Shown in pieces: positions 27,040 through 36,077 of a stretch of DNA of 64,000 nt. Each line of letters starts with the position of its first letter. The first letter of the stretch is position 1. This stretch comes from a virus. The notes beneath the pieces were generated by a model. That model searched no databases and was not told the origin of the DNA. It worked only from the letters and a program-made list of their open reading frames with translations. The DNA lies in the UHGV virus genome UHGV-1682877; one strand, given 5' to 3'. A program made the translations under genes and the position numbers.

Positions 27040-27489
27040 ATGACTTTAGAAATTATGCACAATGACATGATGCAGGCTTTGAAGAATGGTGATACTCAAA
27101 AGAAGAATGTACTTTCCAATATGATTGGTGAAGTACAAAAAGCAGCAATTACGCCAAAAGGCAGAATTGAAATTACCGAAGAGCTTGTTAATAATACTTT
27201 AATCAAGTATCAAAAGATGATTCAAGAAATGATTGATACTTGTCCAGAAAACCGCAAAGAGTTATTTATTCAATATAATCTTGATATGGCTGTTGTAAAG
27301 CAGTATGCACCACAACTTCTCACTGACAAAAAAGCAATTAAAACTCAAATTGAAAAGATGCTTGCAGAAAATGAGCTTGATGCAATTAAGGCAAATAAAG
27401 GTAGAGCAATGAAACTTTTTGCTCCTGTTTTTAAGGGTAAGGCAGATATGAAAATTGTTAATCAAATTGTGTCGGAGGTAATGACCTAA
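27040..27489 (+). CDS. YqeY/GatB-domain protein
   Basis: architecture matches YqeY family, C-terminal GKADMKIVNQIVSEVM. Confidence 0.6.
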   Translation: MTLEIMHNDMMQALKNGDTQKKNVLSNMIGEVQKAAITPKGRIEITEELVNNTLIKYQKMIQEMIDTCPENRKELFIQYNLDMAVVKQYAPQLLTDKKAIKTQIEKMLAENELDAIKANKGRAMKLFAPVFKGKADMKIVNQIVSEVMT

Positions 27490-27490
27490 T

Positions 27491-27670
27491 ATGTTTCATT
27501 TAATAATGACGATTATTTGGGGTATCTTAATGTGTGTTAATGGAGTTTTGCTATGTGAAACAATTTTACACAATAGATATAAAGAAAAGAAAATGCGTAT
27601 TTTCTGGTTCCTTTTTTGCGTATTTTGGTTTATTTTTGAAATCTTGCGGCTCGGAGGCTTTATTCTTTGA
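27491..27670 (+). CDS. small hydrophobic protein (about 59 aa), putative
   Basis: ATG-initiated ORF below track threshold; two hydrophobic segments. Confidence 0.3.
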   Translation: MFHLIMTIIWGILMCVNGVLLCETILHNRYKEKKMRIFWFLFCVFWFIFEILRLGGFIL

Positions 27671-27885
27671 AAATTGTAATTGATAAAAAAGATTTTATGG
27701 AATATATTCGTGCTATGGTAGATAAGGATTTTGACAATTTTATGTTTGCAAATCCTTATGCGACGAAAGAAGATTATATTAATTTATATTATTCTTTTGA
27801 TACAATTCATAATTTAGATGATATTTGTGAAGAAGAATATTGTAAAAGAATTATTAATGGTGAAATAGAAGAAATTGAAGATTGA
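27667..27885 (+). CDS. hypothetical protein
   Basis: ORF track; start may be ATG about 27699. Confidence 0.35.
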   Translation: MKIVIDKKDFMEYIRAMVDKDFDNFMFANPYATKEDYINLYYSFDTIHNLDDICEEEYCKRIINGEIEEIED

Positions 27886-27890
27886 AAGAA

Positions 27891-27937
27891 TTAAGGGCAA
27901 AGATTAAGATCTTTTGCCCTTAATTTATTTTTTTAAA
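27891..27937 (+). terminator. rho-independent terminator
   Basis: ttaagggcaaa/tttgcccttaa hairpin plus T-run. Confidence 0.6.
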
Positions 27938-27985
27938 AATTTATATTATAATATATATAGAAAGTTAAGAAAGGAATTGATATTT

Positions 27986-28699
27986 ATGAATAAGAGTAAA
28001 GTTTATTGTTTTACTGACCTTCATGGCAATTCAAATTTGTTTAAGCAGATTAAAAATTTCATTCAAGCAGAAGATAAAGTGTTCGTGCTGGGTGATGTAA
28101 TTGACAGAGGGACAGAAGGTTGGAAAATACTTAAAGAAATTTTAAAAGATGAAAGATTTACTCTTCTTAAAGGAAATCATGAACAAATGTTAGTAGATTC
28201 TGGAAGAGAATTTTTAAAAAATGAAAGATGTCTATATGGAGATGATATTTATCGTCACATGAATAATGGAGGTTTATCTACTTTACTAGACTGGTCTAAA
28301 GAAAAAAATGCTATTGAGTATTTAAATTTAATTAATAAACTTCCAGTTTATGAACAATACACTAATAAAAATGGAATTAAAATTCATTTAAGTCATGCAG
28401 GTTTTTCTCCTAATAATATTTCTGGTGATGAATTTGATTTTCTTTGGAATAGATTACATTATAAATTTAGATGTTTAATTAATCCAAATGAATTAATTAT
28501 TCATGGCCATACCCCAATTCCTCTAATGATAGAAGATATAGGAGAATTTCGCAATCCTCCCAAATATGAAGGTGGAGCTTGTTGGTATAATAATAATCAA
28601 AAGGTTAATCTTGATTTAGGTACTCATTGGAGTAAGCAAATTATCCTTTTTGATTTAGATACTTTTGATGAACATATCTTTTCTGCTCAAGGAGAATAA
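27986..28699 (+). CDS. calcineurin-like metallophosphoesterase (PP2A/ApaH-like)
   Basis: FTDLHGN, VLGDVIDRG, KGNHE, IIHGHTP. Confidence 0.8.
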   Translation: MNKSKVYCFTDLHGNSNLFKQIKNFIQAEDKVFVLGDVIDRGTEGWKILKEILKDERFTLLKGNHEQMLVDSGREFLKNERCLYGDDIYRHMNNGGLSTLLDWSKEKNAIEYLNLINKLPVYEQYTNKNGIKIHLSHAGFSPNNISGDEFDFLWNRLHYKFRCLINPNELIIHGHTPIPLMIEDIGEFRNPPKYEGGACWYNNNQKVNLDLGTHWSKQIILFDLDTFDEHIFSAQGE

Positions 28700-28701
28700 T
28701 T

Positions 28702-29106
28702 ATGATACTATTAATACTAGGATTAACATTACCTTTTACTGGAGCAATAATTTTAGGTTGTTTTATATATGATTATGATGAATATAAACTAGATTGTAAA
28801 ATTGTAAGGAAACATAAATATGTAGTTTTAAAATTAAAAGAATTTATTTCTTTCTATAATTTAAGTCCAGAAAATTATGAACTACAAAAATATTCGGTTG
28901 TTTTTTTAAAGCCTTTCTCTACACGAAAATATTTAACAGACAATAATATACGTATTATTTTTACAAATTATGTAGAAATGTTAAAATATAAAATTTGGAA
29001 AAAGACAGAAATTAAAAAAATAAATACAGAAAAAGAAAGAAAAGAACTTAAAGAATATTTTGAAATTGTAAAAAAACAAATTGAGGAGTTTGATAAAAAT
29101 GTCTAA
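28702..29106 (+). CDS. hypothetical membrane protein
   Basis: N-terminal hydrophobic segment. Confidence 0.4.
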   Translation: MILLILGLTLPFTGAIILGCFIYDYDEYKLDCKIVRKHKYVVLKLKEFISFYNLSPENYELQKYSVVFLKPFSTRKYLTDNNIRIIFTNYVEMLKYKIWKKTEIKKINTEKERKELKEYFEIVKKQIEEFDKNV

Positions 29107-29374
29107 AGACCCTAGAAAATATGAAATGCATGATTTTTATTGTATGAATTGCGGAAAGAAGTCAATGTCAATTCCTCGATTAAGAGGACGTTTTAGAGAA
29201 GTTGGGCATAAGAAAGTTATGTATTGCCCTCATTGTAAAGAAACTGTTAATATGGTAGAATGTAGAAATGATGAAGAAGCGTATAATTTTAAACTAGATT
29301 TTGAAGAAGGACTTTTTAAAGAAGAAGCACAAAATAGTATTTCTTATGTAAAGGAGTTTGGTATTTATGATTAA
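29099..29374 (+). CDS. zinc-ribbon protein
   Basis: CMNCG ... CPHCK. Confidence 0.45.
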   Translation: MSKDPRKYEMHDFYCMNCGKKSMSIPRLRGRFREVGHKKVMYCPHCKETVNMVECRNDEEAYNFKLDFEEGLFKEEAQNSISYVKEFGIYD

Positions 29375-29870
29375 TTTGCATATTCTTTGCGGTATTCCTG
29401 CTTCCGGTAAATCTACCTGGGCAAAACAACAGAATGGTAAAATTATCTCAAGAGATGAAATCCGCAAGAATTATGTAGGCGAAAATCCTGGAAAAAATTA
29501 TTTTAGTAAAGAAAAACAGGTATATAAAGAAATGATTGCAAATATTAAAATCGCAATTAAAGAAAATGTAGAAAATATTTATATAGATGCGACTCATATT
29601 GATATTGTTTCAAGAACTAAACTTTTAAACAATTTTTTTAATCTGAAAGATAAGAATAATATTAATCTTACTTTTGATTATTTTCCTATTCTTTTAGATG
29701 TTGCTTTAAAAAGAAATTCTGAAAGAGAAGGTTTTGCTAAAATTCCAGAAGAAGCAATAAAAAATTTTTATTTTAAATCTTCTATTCCTTCCAAAGATGA
29801 GATGAATAAATATCTTGATTGGGGTTTTCATAATGTGAATACTATTTTGCATTATACTGAGGAGGTGTAA
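29367..29870 (+). CDS. pnk: polynucleotide kinase (T4 Pnk kinase-domain-like)
   Basis: GIPASGKSTWA P-loop; KRNSEREGFAKIPEEAIKNFY parallels T4 Pnk KRNSKRGTKAVP..MY. Confidence 0.7.
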   Translation: MINLHILCGIPASGKSTWAKQQNGKIISRDEIRKNYVGENPGKNYFSKEKQVYKEMIANIKIAIKENVENIYIDATHIDIVSRTKLLNNFFNLKDKNNINLTFDYFPILLDVALKRNSEREGFAKIPEEAIKNFYFKSSIPSKDEMNKYLDWGFHNVNTILHYTEEV

Positions 29871-29872
29871 TA

Positions 29873-30415
29873 ATGGTTTGGTTTACCAGTGATCTTCATC
29901 TAGGCCATAATAAGCCCTTTCTTTATGAACCAAGAGGGTTTAAGAATATTCAAGAACATGATAACGCAATTATTGAAAATTGGAATAAAATTATTCGTCC
30001 TAATGATAAAGTTTATGTGCTTGGCGATTTGATGCTAAATGATAATGAAGCAGGAATTGAAAAAATTAAACAATTAAAAGGACAAATTTATGTAGTTAGA
30101 GGAAACCATGATAGTGAAGTTCGTGTAAATTTATATAATAATTGTAACAATATTATTAAAGTAACTGAAGGTCAATTTTTAAGATATGGTAAATATCATT
30201 TTTATTTAAGTCATTATCCTACACTTTGTAGTAATTTTGATAATGAGAAACCTCTTAAAGCAAGAATGATTAGTTTGTGCGGACATTCTCATAGTCAGGA
30301 TGCTTTTGCGAATTGGGATAAAGGTCTTATTTATCATGTAGAATTAGATGCTCATAATAATTTCCCTGTTTCTATTGATTCGATTATTAAGGATATTAAA
30401 AATAGAATTAAGTAA
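29873..30415 (+). CDS. calcineurin-like metallophosphoesterase, candidate 3'-phosphatase partner of Pnk
   Basis: TSDLHLGH, VLGDLMLND, RGNHD, LCGHSH. Confidence 0.7.
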   Translation: MVWFTSDLHLGHNKPFLYEPRGFKNIQEHDNAIIENWNKIIRPNDKVYVLGDLMLNDNEAGIEKIKQLKGQIYVVRGNHDSEVRVNLYNNCNNIIKVTEGQFLRYGKYHFYLSHYPTLCSNFDNEKPLKARMISLCGHSHSQDAFANWDKGLIYHVELDAHNNFPVSIDSIIKDIKNRIK

Positions 30416-30421
30416 TAAATT

Positions 30422-30453
30422 AAAGACCCTAGAGTGCTTTTGCTCTAGGGTCT
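30422..30453 (+). terminator. terminator-like hairpin
   Basis: agaccctagagtgc tttt gctctagggtct. Confidence 0.45.
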
Positions 30454-30586
30454 TCGTGCATACTCGTGGCAGACCGTGTCGCCGATTTTTCGCGCCTCTA
30501 GCAATTTTTTACGCAAATACCAAGAATTTTATTTTTCTCAGAATTTATGATATAATTATAATATAAAATAAGATAGGAGAATTTTA

Positions 30587-31024
30587 ATGAGTTTAAGAAA
30601 AACAATTAATCTTTTACCCGTAGAATTTAATTACACAAATAATTCAATTGAGGCAATAGTTTATTATGAACGAAAATACTATACTGGGACTGCTACTTGT
30701 CATCCTGATGATATGGACTTTTTCTCAACCAAAGTAGGTCAAACAATAGCTCACAAAAGAGCAATTATTAATACTTTAAAAGATATTAAAGAAAGAGCTA
30801 ATATCGAATATAACGCTGTAAAAAGATTTTATAACGATATTTTAAGAGAAAATAAAAAATGTGAGTATACAATCATTATTAAAGAAATAGTAAGACTAAA
30901 ACGGCAAATTAATAAGTATTTGGGTTATATTAAAACAGAAGAAAAAGAATTAAATACATATTTAAAAGCTCAAAGTAAAGTAATTACTTCTCTAAAAAGA
31001 CAAAGAAAGGCCATAAATAATTAA
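30587..31024 (+). CDS. hypothetical protein
   Basis: ORF track. Confidence 0.45.
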   Translation: MSLRKTINLLPVEFNYTNNSIEAIVYYERKYYTGTATCHPDDMDFFSTKVGQTIAHKRAIINTLKDIKERANIEYNAVKRFYNDILRENKKCEYTIIIKEIVRLKRQINKYLGYIKTEEKELNTYLKAQSKVITSLKRQRKAINN

Positions 31025-31078
31025 TTATTTTATTTATTTTTTTAATCTAATAAAGAAAGATAATTTATTTTATCTTAT

Positions 31079-32350
31079 TTGAACAATAGGAGAGTGGAAA
31101 TTATTATTAAATTCTACGATACTTGTAGTCTTTTATTAGCCGGGGAATCAGCTTTTGAAGATAATGAAAAATTTATCATTTCTTCTATTACTTTAAAAGA
31201 ATTAGAAAGAATTAAAACCGCGGCAAATAAAGATTCTGATATAAAATATTCCGCAAGACTTTTGCTTCATTTATTTGAAAAATATCCAAATAATTATTCT
31301 GTTAAAATTCATCAAATAAATTATGAATACATTTTAGATAAAATGAATTTTGATATTAATGATGATGCTAGAATTTTGTCTGATGCTTGGAATGAATTTG
31401 AAACAAATAAATGTTTAGAATTTATAACTAATGATTTAAGTTTAAAACATATTGCTTTATGTTTGTTTCCTAAAGAAAATGTTTCTTCTGTTGAAGAAAA
31501 TTTAGATACTTATAGTGGACTTGCAGAAATTACTGCTAGTGAAGAATTAATTTCTGAATTTTATGAAAATCCTAACTATAATCATTTTAATCTTAAAAAA
31601 GGAGAATATTTACTTCTAAAAAATCCTGATAATTTTGATGAACTTATAGATGTGCGGGTTTGGACAGGAGAGACTTATCGTTATTTAAAATTTCCTACTT
31701 TTGATTCTACCTGGTTTGGAAAAGTACAACCATATCAAGGAGATATATATCAAAAATGTGCTTTTGATAGTTTAGCTAATAATAAAATTACTTTACTACA
31801 AGGCCCAGCAGGAGTAGGAAAATCTTACATTTCTTTAGCTTTTTTAATGTATATGTTAGAAAAAAATAGAATAGATAAAATTATAATCTTTTGTAATACA
31901 GTGGCAACTATTAATTCCGCTAAATTAGGGTTTTACCCAGGTACAAAAGACGATAAATTACTTGACTCGCAAATTGGTAATATGCTTTCTGCCAAATTAG
32001 GCGGTAAAGAAGGTGTTCTTCGTATGATGGAAGAAGATAAATTAGTTTTATTGCCTTTTAGCGATATTAGAGGTTATGATACTAGCGGAATGAACGCAGG
32101 TATTTATATAACAGAAGCACAAAATTTAGACAGAACTTTAATTAAATTAGCTCTTCAACGTATTGGTGAAGATTGTATTTGTATTATTGATGGTGACGCT
32201 AAAACACAAGTTGACTCATTAGCTTATTCTGGTAATAATAATGGTATGAGAAGAATGTCTAAAATTTTTAGAGGTTCTGATATTTATGGAGAAGTAACTT
32301 TAAATAATATTCATAGATCTAAAATAGCAGAACTTGCAGAATTAATTTAA
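31079..32350 (+). CDS. phoH: PhoH-like ATPase with N-terminal PIN domain
   Basis: Walker A LLQGPAGVGKSY; PIN-like N-terminus. Confidence 0.75.
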   Translation: MNNRRVEIIIKFYDTCSLLLAGESAFEDNEKFIISSITLKELERIKTAANKDSDIKYSARLLLHLFEKYPNNYSVKIHQINYEYILDKMNFDINDDARILSDAWNEFETNKCLEFITNDLSLKHIALCLFPKENVSSVEENLDTYSGLAEITASEELISEFYENPNYNHFNLKKGEYLLLKNPDNFDELIDVRVWTGETYRYLKFPTFDSTWFGKVQPYQGDIYQKCAFDSLANNKITLLQGPAGVGKSYISLAFLMYMLEKNRIDKIIIFCNTVATINSAKLGFYPGTKDDKLLDSQIGNMLSAKLGGKEGVLRMMEEDKLVLLPFSDIRGYDTSGMNAGIYITEAQNLDRTLIKLALQRIGEDCICIIDGDAKTQVDSLAYSGNNNGMRRMSKIFRGSDIYGEVTLNNIHRSKIAELAELI

Positions 32351-32365
32351 TAATAATAATAACTA

Positions 32366-32397
32366 AGAGCTAGAATAAAATCCTAGCTCTTTTTTTA
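32366..32397 (+). terminator. rho-independent terminator
   Basis: agagctag/ctagctct hairpin plus TTTTTT. Confidence 0.65.
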
Positions 32398-32420
32398 AAA
32401 CAAAAGAAAGGAGAGTGTAT

Positions 32421-33215
32421 ATGAATACACAGCCTGTATCTTATTTACAAACAGATGCAAGATGGAAAAATATTAGTTATTCAGCGAAAGGTGAATCAAC
32501 TACAATTGGCGCTTCTGGCTGCGGCCCCACCGCAATGTCTATGGTTTTAGCTACATGGGCAGATAAAAAAGTTACTCCAAAAACTGAATGTGCTTGGGCT
32601 TTAGCGCATGGTTATAAAGCTCCTCACCAAGGAACTTATTATGGATATTTTAAGCCTGCTGCTGCACGATACGGTTTAACAGCCTATATGTTGAATGGTG
32701 CAAATATTTATGGCAATAGTTCTAGTAAATATCATAATTTAGCAAAAGCTGAAATTGATAAAGGTAATTTAGTTATAGCTTGTATGGGCAAAGGATTATG
32801 GACAAGTAGTGGTCATTTCATTTTAGTGTGGAATATTCAAGGAAATACTATTTATATTAATGACCCTAATAGTACAAAAACCGCACGCACTAGAGGTAAT
32901 TATAGTCTTTTCAAACAACAGGTAAAATATTACTTTATAATTGAAAAACCTAAAACAAATAATAATAATAATAAACCTACAATTAAACAAGAGGAGGATG
33001 AAGACATGACTCAAGAAAAATTTAATGAAATGATGAATAATTATTTAGTTCAATTAGCTAAACAAAATGCTGATTGGGGTAAAGATGAATTAAATTGGGC
33101 AGTTTCTATGGGACTAATTAAAGGTGATGAAACTGGCAAACTAATGCCTAACAAGTTTTTAACTAGACTAGAAGGCGTCACTATAATGAAGAGATTATAT
33201 GATAAACTTTGTTAA
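32421..33215 (+). CDS. C39-like (papain-fold) peptidase with SLH-like wall-binding domain, endolysin candidate
   Basis: GCGPTAMSMVL Cys motif, SGHFILV His; C-terminal WAVSMGLIKGDETGKLMP...LTRLEGVTIM. Confidence 0.55.
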   Translation: MNTQPVSYLQTDARWKNISYSAKGESTTIGASGCGPTAMSMVLATWADKKVTPKTECAWALAHGYKAPHQGTYYGYFKPAAARYGLTAYMLNGANIYGNSSSKYHNLAKAEIDKGNLVIACMGKGLWTSSGHFILVWNIQGNTIYINDPNSTKTARTRGNYSLFKQQVKYYFIIEKPKTNNNNNKPTIKQEEDEDMTQEKFNEMMNNYLVQLAKQNADWGKDELNWAVSMGLIKGDETGKLMPNKFLTRLEGVTIMKRLYDKLC

Positions 33216-33540
33216 AAAGAATAGAAACAAAAGAAAAAAGAAAAAAGAATTTTCAAAAGTTCTTTTAGCTCAAGAATCTGCTTTAATATGGGTTCATTCT
33301 CTTGCTCATATTATTCTGGCATTTTATTGCATTCACGAAGGATTTACTGGCTCTTTGCCTTGGTTGGCTGCGGAAGCCAGTTTACCTTGGGCTGCTTATG
33401 CAGTTAGTCAAGCTTTTTATTACAATAAAGCCACTCGTGAGAATACTAAAAATGGCATAAAATATGAAACTGTGATGAATAATCTGACGCCACAAACGCC
33501 CACTTCTTCCGATGAACCGGATGTTTTTGGGCCGATTTGA
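33199..33540 (+). CDS. holin-like membrane protein
   Basis: two predicted TM helices, charged C-terminus, overlaps lysin gene end. Confidence 0.45.
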   Translation: MINFVKKNRNKRKKKKEFSKVLLAQESALIWVHSLAHIILAFYCIHEGFTGSLPWLAAEASLPWAAYAVSQAFYYNKATRENTKNGIKYETVMNNLTPQTPTSSDEPDVFGPI

Positions 33541-33549
33541 AGATTATAT

Positions 33550-33600
33550 GGGTTATAAACTCACCAAAGGTGAGTTTATAACCCTTTATTTGTTTTATTT
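33550..33600 (+). terminator. rho-independent terminator (same hairpin core as 7343)
   Basis: gggttataaactcacc aaa ggtgagtttataaccc plus T-rich tail. Confidence 0.6.
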
Positions 33601-33697
33601 TTAAAAAAATGATATAATATTATTAAAGAATAAAAGATTGATTTATTAATAATATTATACTACTTTTATTTAAGAAAATCAAAGAAGGGAGAATTAA

Positions 33698-34192
33698 ATC
33701 ATAGGTACTATTATTTACACTGATGGCTCAACTTTAAAAAATGGTAGTAAAGATGCTTCTGGAGGTTATGGAGTAGTTGTTTACAAGTATCTTAAAGACC
33801 CCAAAAATTTACATTTAGTAAATGCTTTTGCTCATCAAACTATTGGAACTACAAATAACAGAGAAGAAATGAAAGCTATTCTTTGGGCTTTGTATAACTA
33901 TGGAGTTTCAGCGGATTCTTTTACTTATCCTATTGTTTATACAGATTCTTTATATTGTGTAAATACTTTCAATGATTGGATGTACAGGTGGAAAAATAAT
34001 AATTGGCGGAAAGCAGATAAATCGACTCCTGAAAATTTGGATTTAATAAAATTTTATGATATAATATATAATAAATGGAATAGAAAGATTGATTTAAGAA
34101 AAATTAAAGGTCATGCTGGTATTGAAGGCAATGAACTTGCTGATGATTTAGCTACTGGTAGAGTGACTGTTAAGGAGGTATTGGATGAATAA
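33698..34192 (+). CDS. rnhA: ribonuclease H
   Basis: IYTDGS N-terminal motif and GHAGIEGNELADDLA C-terminal motif; no in-frame ATG before IYTDGS, probable ATC/ATA start after RBS agaagggag. Confidence 0.6.
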   Translation: MIGTIIYTDGSTLKNGSKDASGGYGVVVYKYLKDPKNLHLVNAFAHQTIGTTNNREEMKAILWALYNYGVSADSFTYPIVYTDSLYCVNTFNDWMYRWKNNNWRKADKSTPENLDLIKFYDIIYNKWNRKIDLRKIKGHAGIEGNELADDLATGRVTVKEVLDE

Positions 34193-36065
34193 TTTATATA
34201 ATAAAGATTCAATTCAAAGTCTTACTCCACTAGAATTTACAAGACTTAGACCTGGAGTATATGTTGGTTCTACTGAATATTCAACTCAGCTATTGATTGA
34301 GATTGTTTCTAATGCAGTTGATGAGTTTAAAGCAGGTCATTGCACTGAAATTAATGTAACTATTTCAGATAATAATGTAATCACAGTTAAAGATAATGGG
34401 CAAGGTTTTTTAATTAATTCCACTAGAGAAGATGGAAAAACAATTCTTGAAGCTGCTTTTAGTGTGCTTAACACTTCTGGTAAATATACTGAAGATGGTG
34501 TTTATGAAGGTACCGCGTTAGGTCTAAACGGAATCGGCAGTAAATTAGTTGTATTTTTAAGTCATTGGACAAAGGTACTTAGTTATCAAAAAGGAAATTT
34601 TGAAGAAGTTTCTTTTGAAGAAGGAATTTTCAAAAACCGCAAAACTGGTAAAGTAAAAAATGATAAAGAATCTGGTACTGTTGTTACTTGGCAAGCAAGT
34701 GAAGAATTTTTTACTCACCCAGAAGTAGATTTAAAAATTATTAATAATCTTTTTGAAGTTTTAGTTTGTTTATGTCCAGGTTTAACTATCACTTTAAATG
34801 AAAAAACTTTTTTCTCTAAGAATGGATTAACTGATTTGGTTGATTCTACTGTAGACAAAAATAGCGAAATTATTAAAAATAGACTTAAAATTGATTTTAA
34901 AGATAATAAGAATGAATTAAATTTAGTATTAACTTATACTGATAAATATTCTTCTACTATTGTTCCTTATGTTAATACAGGACTTACTGACACTGGCCCG
35001 CACATTACTCAAATTAAAACTATTCTAACAAGAGAAATGAATAAGTTTTTTAGAGATAAAGGTTGGCTAAAAGAAAAAGATAGTAATTTATCTGGTGATG
35101 ATTGCCAAGAAGGATTATATTTAGTATTTAATATTACTGCTCCTGGTATAGCTTACGACGCTCAGACCAAAAGTAGAATTGTTAAAATTGATATGCACCC
35201 TTTCGCAGGAATTATTGCACAAGAATTACAGTATTGGTTTGAAGCAAATGAAAAAGAAATAAAGAAAATCGCGGATAAGGCGATTAATGCTCGAAAAGCT
35301 AGAGAAGCAGCTAGAAAAGCTAGAGAAGCTGTTAGAGATAAGGGCAAAAAAGAAACTGGTCTTAAAGCTAAAGTTGCTTTAAGCAATAAATTTATTGATT
35401 GCACAAATAAACATCCAAGCCAGCGTAATTTGCTGTTAGTCGAGGGTCTAAGCGCAGGATCTTCTGCCGTTGAAGCACGGAATCCCAAAACAGATTGTAT
35501 TTATATGTTAAAAGGCAAAACTATTAGCCCTAGAAAACAATCTGTTGAAAAGATTCTTGCTAATCAAGAAATCTCCGATATTATTAAAGTAATTGGTGGA
35601 GGTTTTGATAAAACTTTTGATGTAGATAAAATGCAATTTGATAAAATCGTAATTACTTCAGATGCAGATTCTGATGGAGCTAGTATTGAGTTACTTTTAA
35701 CTACATTCTTTTTTACTTATATGCGACCTTTAGTCGAAGCAGGGAAGCTTTATAGAGCAGTTACTCCTTTGTACATTATTCGTCAGAAGAATAATGAATA
35801 CTATGCTTATACTGATGAAGAACTTGAAGAGTGGAAAACTCAGCATCAAGGCACTTATGAGCTAGTGAGAGCGAAGGGTTTGGGCGAGTTAAACGCACGC
35901 GATCTTCAGAAAGTCTGCTTTGAGCAAGAACGCTATAAAAGAATTACTATTAGTGATGCAGAAAAAGCAGATGAATTACTTGAAATTTTAATGGGAGTTA
36001 AAGTAGAACCCCGCAAACAATATATTTATGAAAATGCTACTGAGCTTGGTTTTACTTTTGATTAA
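34185..36065 (+). CDS. type II topoisomerase ATPase/TOPRIM subunit (GyrB/T4 gp39-like)
   Basis: LLLVEGLSAGSSAV and ITSDADSDGASIELLL TOPRIM motifs. Confidence 0.75.
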   Translation: MNNLYNKDSIQSLTPLEFTRLRPGVYVGSTEYSTQLLIEIVSNAVDEFKAGHCTEINVTISDNNVITVKDNGQGFLINSTREDGKTILEAAFSVLNTSGKYTEDGVYEGTALGLNGIGSKLVVFLSHWTKVLSYQKGNFEEVSFEEGIFKNRKTGKVKNDKESGTVVTWQASEEFFTHPEVDLKIINNLFEVLVCLCPGLTITLNEKTFFSKNGLTDLVDSTVDKNSEIIKNRLKIDFKDNKNELNLVLTYTDKYSSTIVPYVNTGLTDTGPHITQIKTILTREMNKFFRDKGWLKEKDSNLSGDDCQEGLYLVFNITAPGIAYDAQTKSRIVKIDMHPFAGIIAQELQYWFEANEKEIKKIADKAINARKAREAARKAREAVRDKGKKETGLKAKVALSNKFIDCTNKHPSQRNLLLVEGLSAGSSAVEARNPKTDCIYMLKGKTISPRKQSVEKILANQEISDIIKVIGGGFDKTFDVDKMQFDKIVITSDADSDGASIELLLTTFFFTYMRPLVEAGKLYRAVTPLYIIRQKNNEYYAYTDEELEEWKTQHQGTYELVRAKGLGELNARDLQKVCFEQERYKRITISDAEKADELLEILMGVKVEPRKQYIYENATELGFTFD

Positions 36066-36077
36066 AGGAGGAAAAGA

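Noticed and set aside
18252-27985. N-terminal extensions of track ORFs 18252-18692 and 27914-28699 (FKNLYYNIYRKL...)
   Set aside because: The extension is simply the translated promoter motif; the true starts are the RBS-preceded ATGs at 18354 and 27986.
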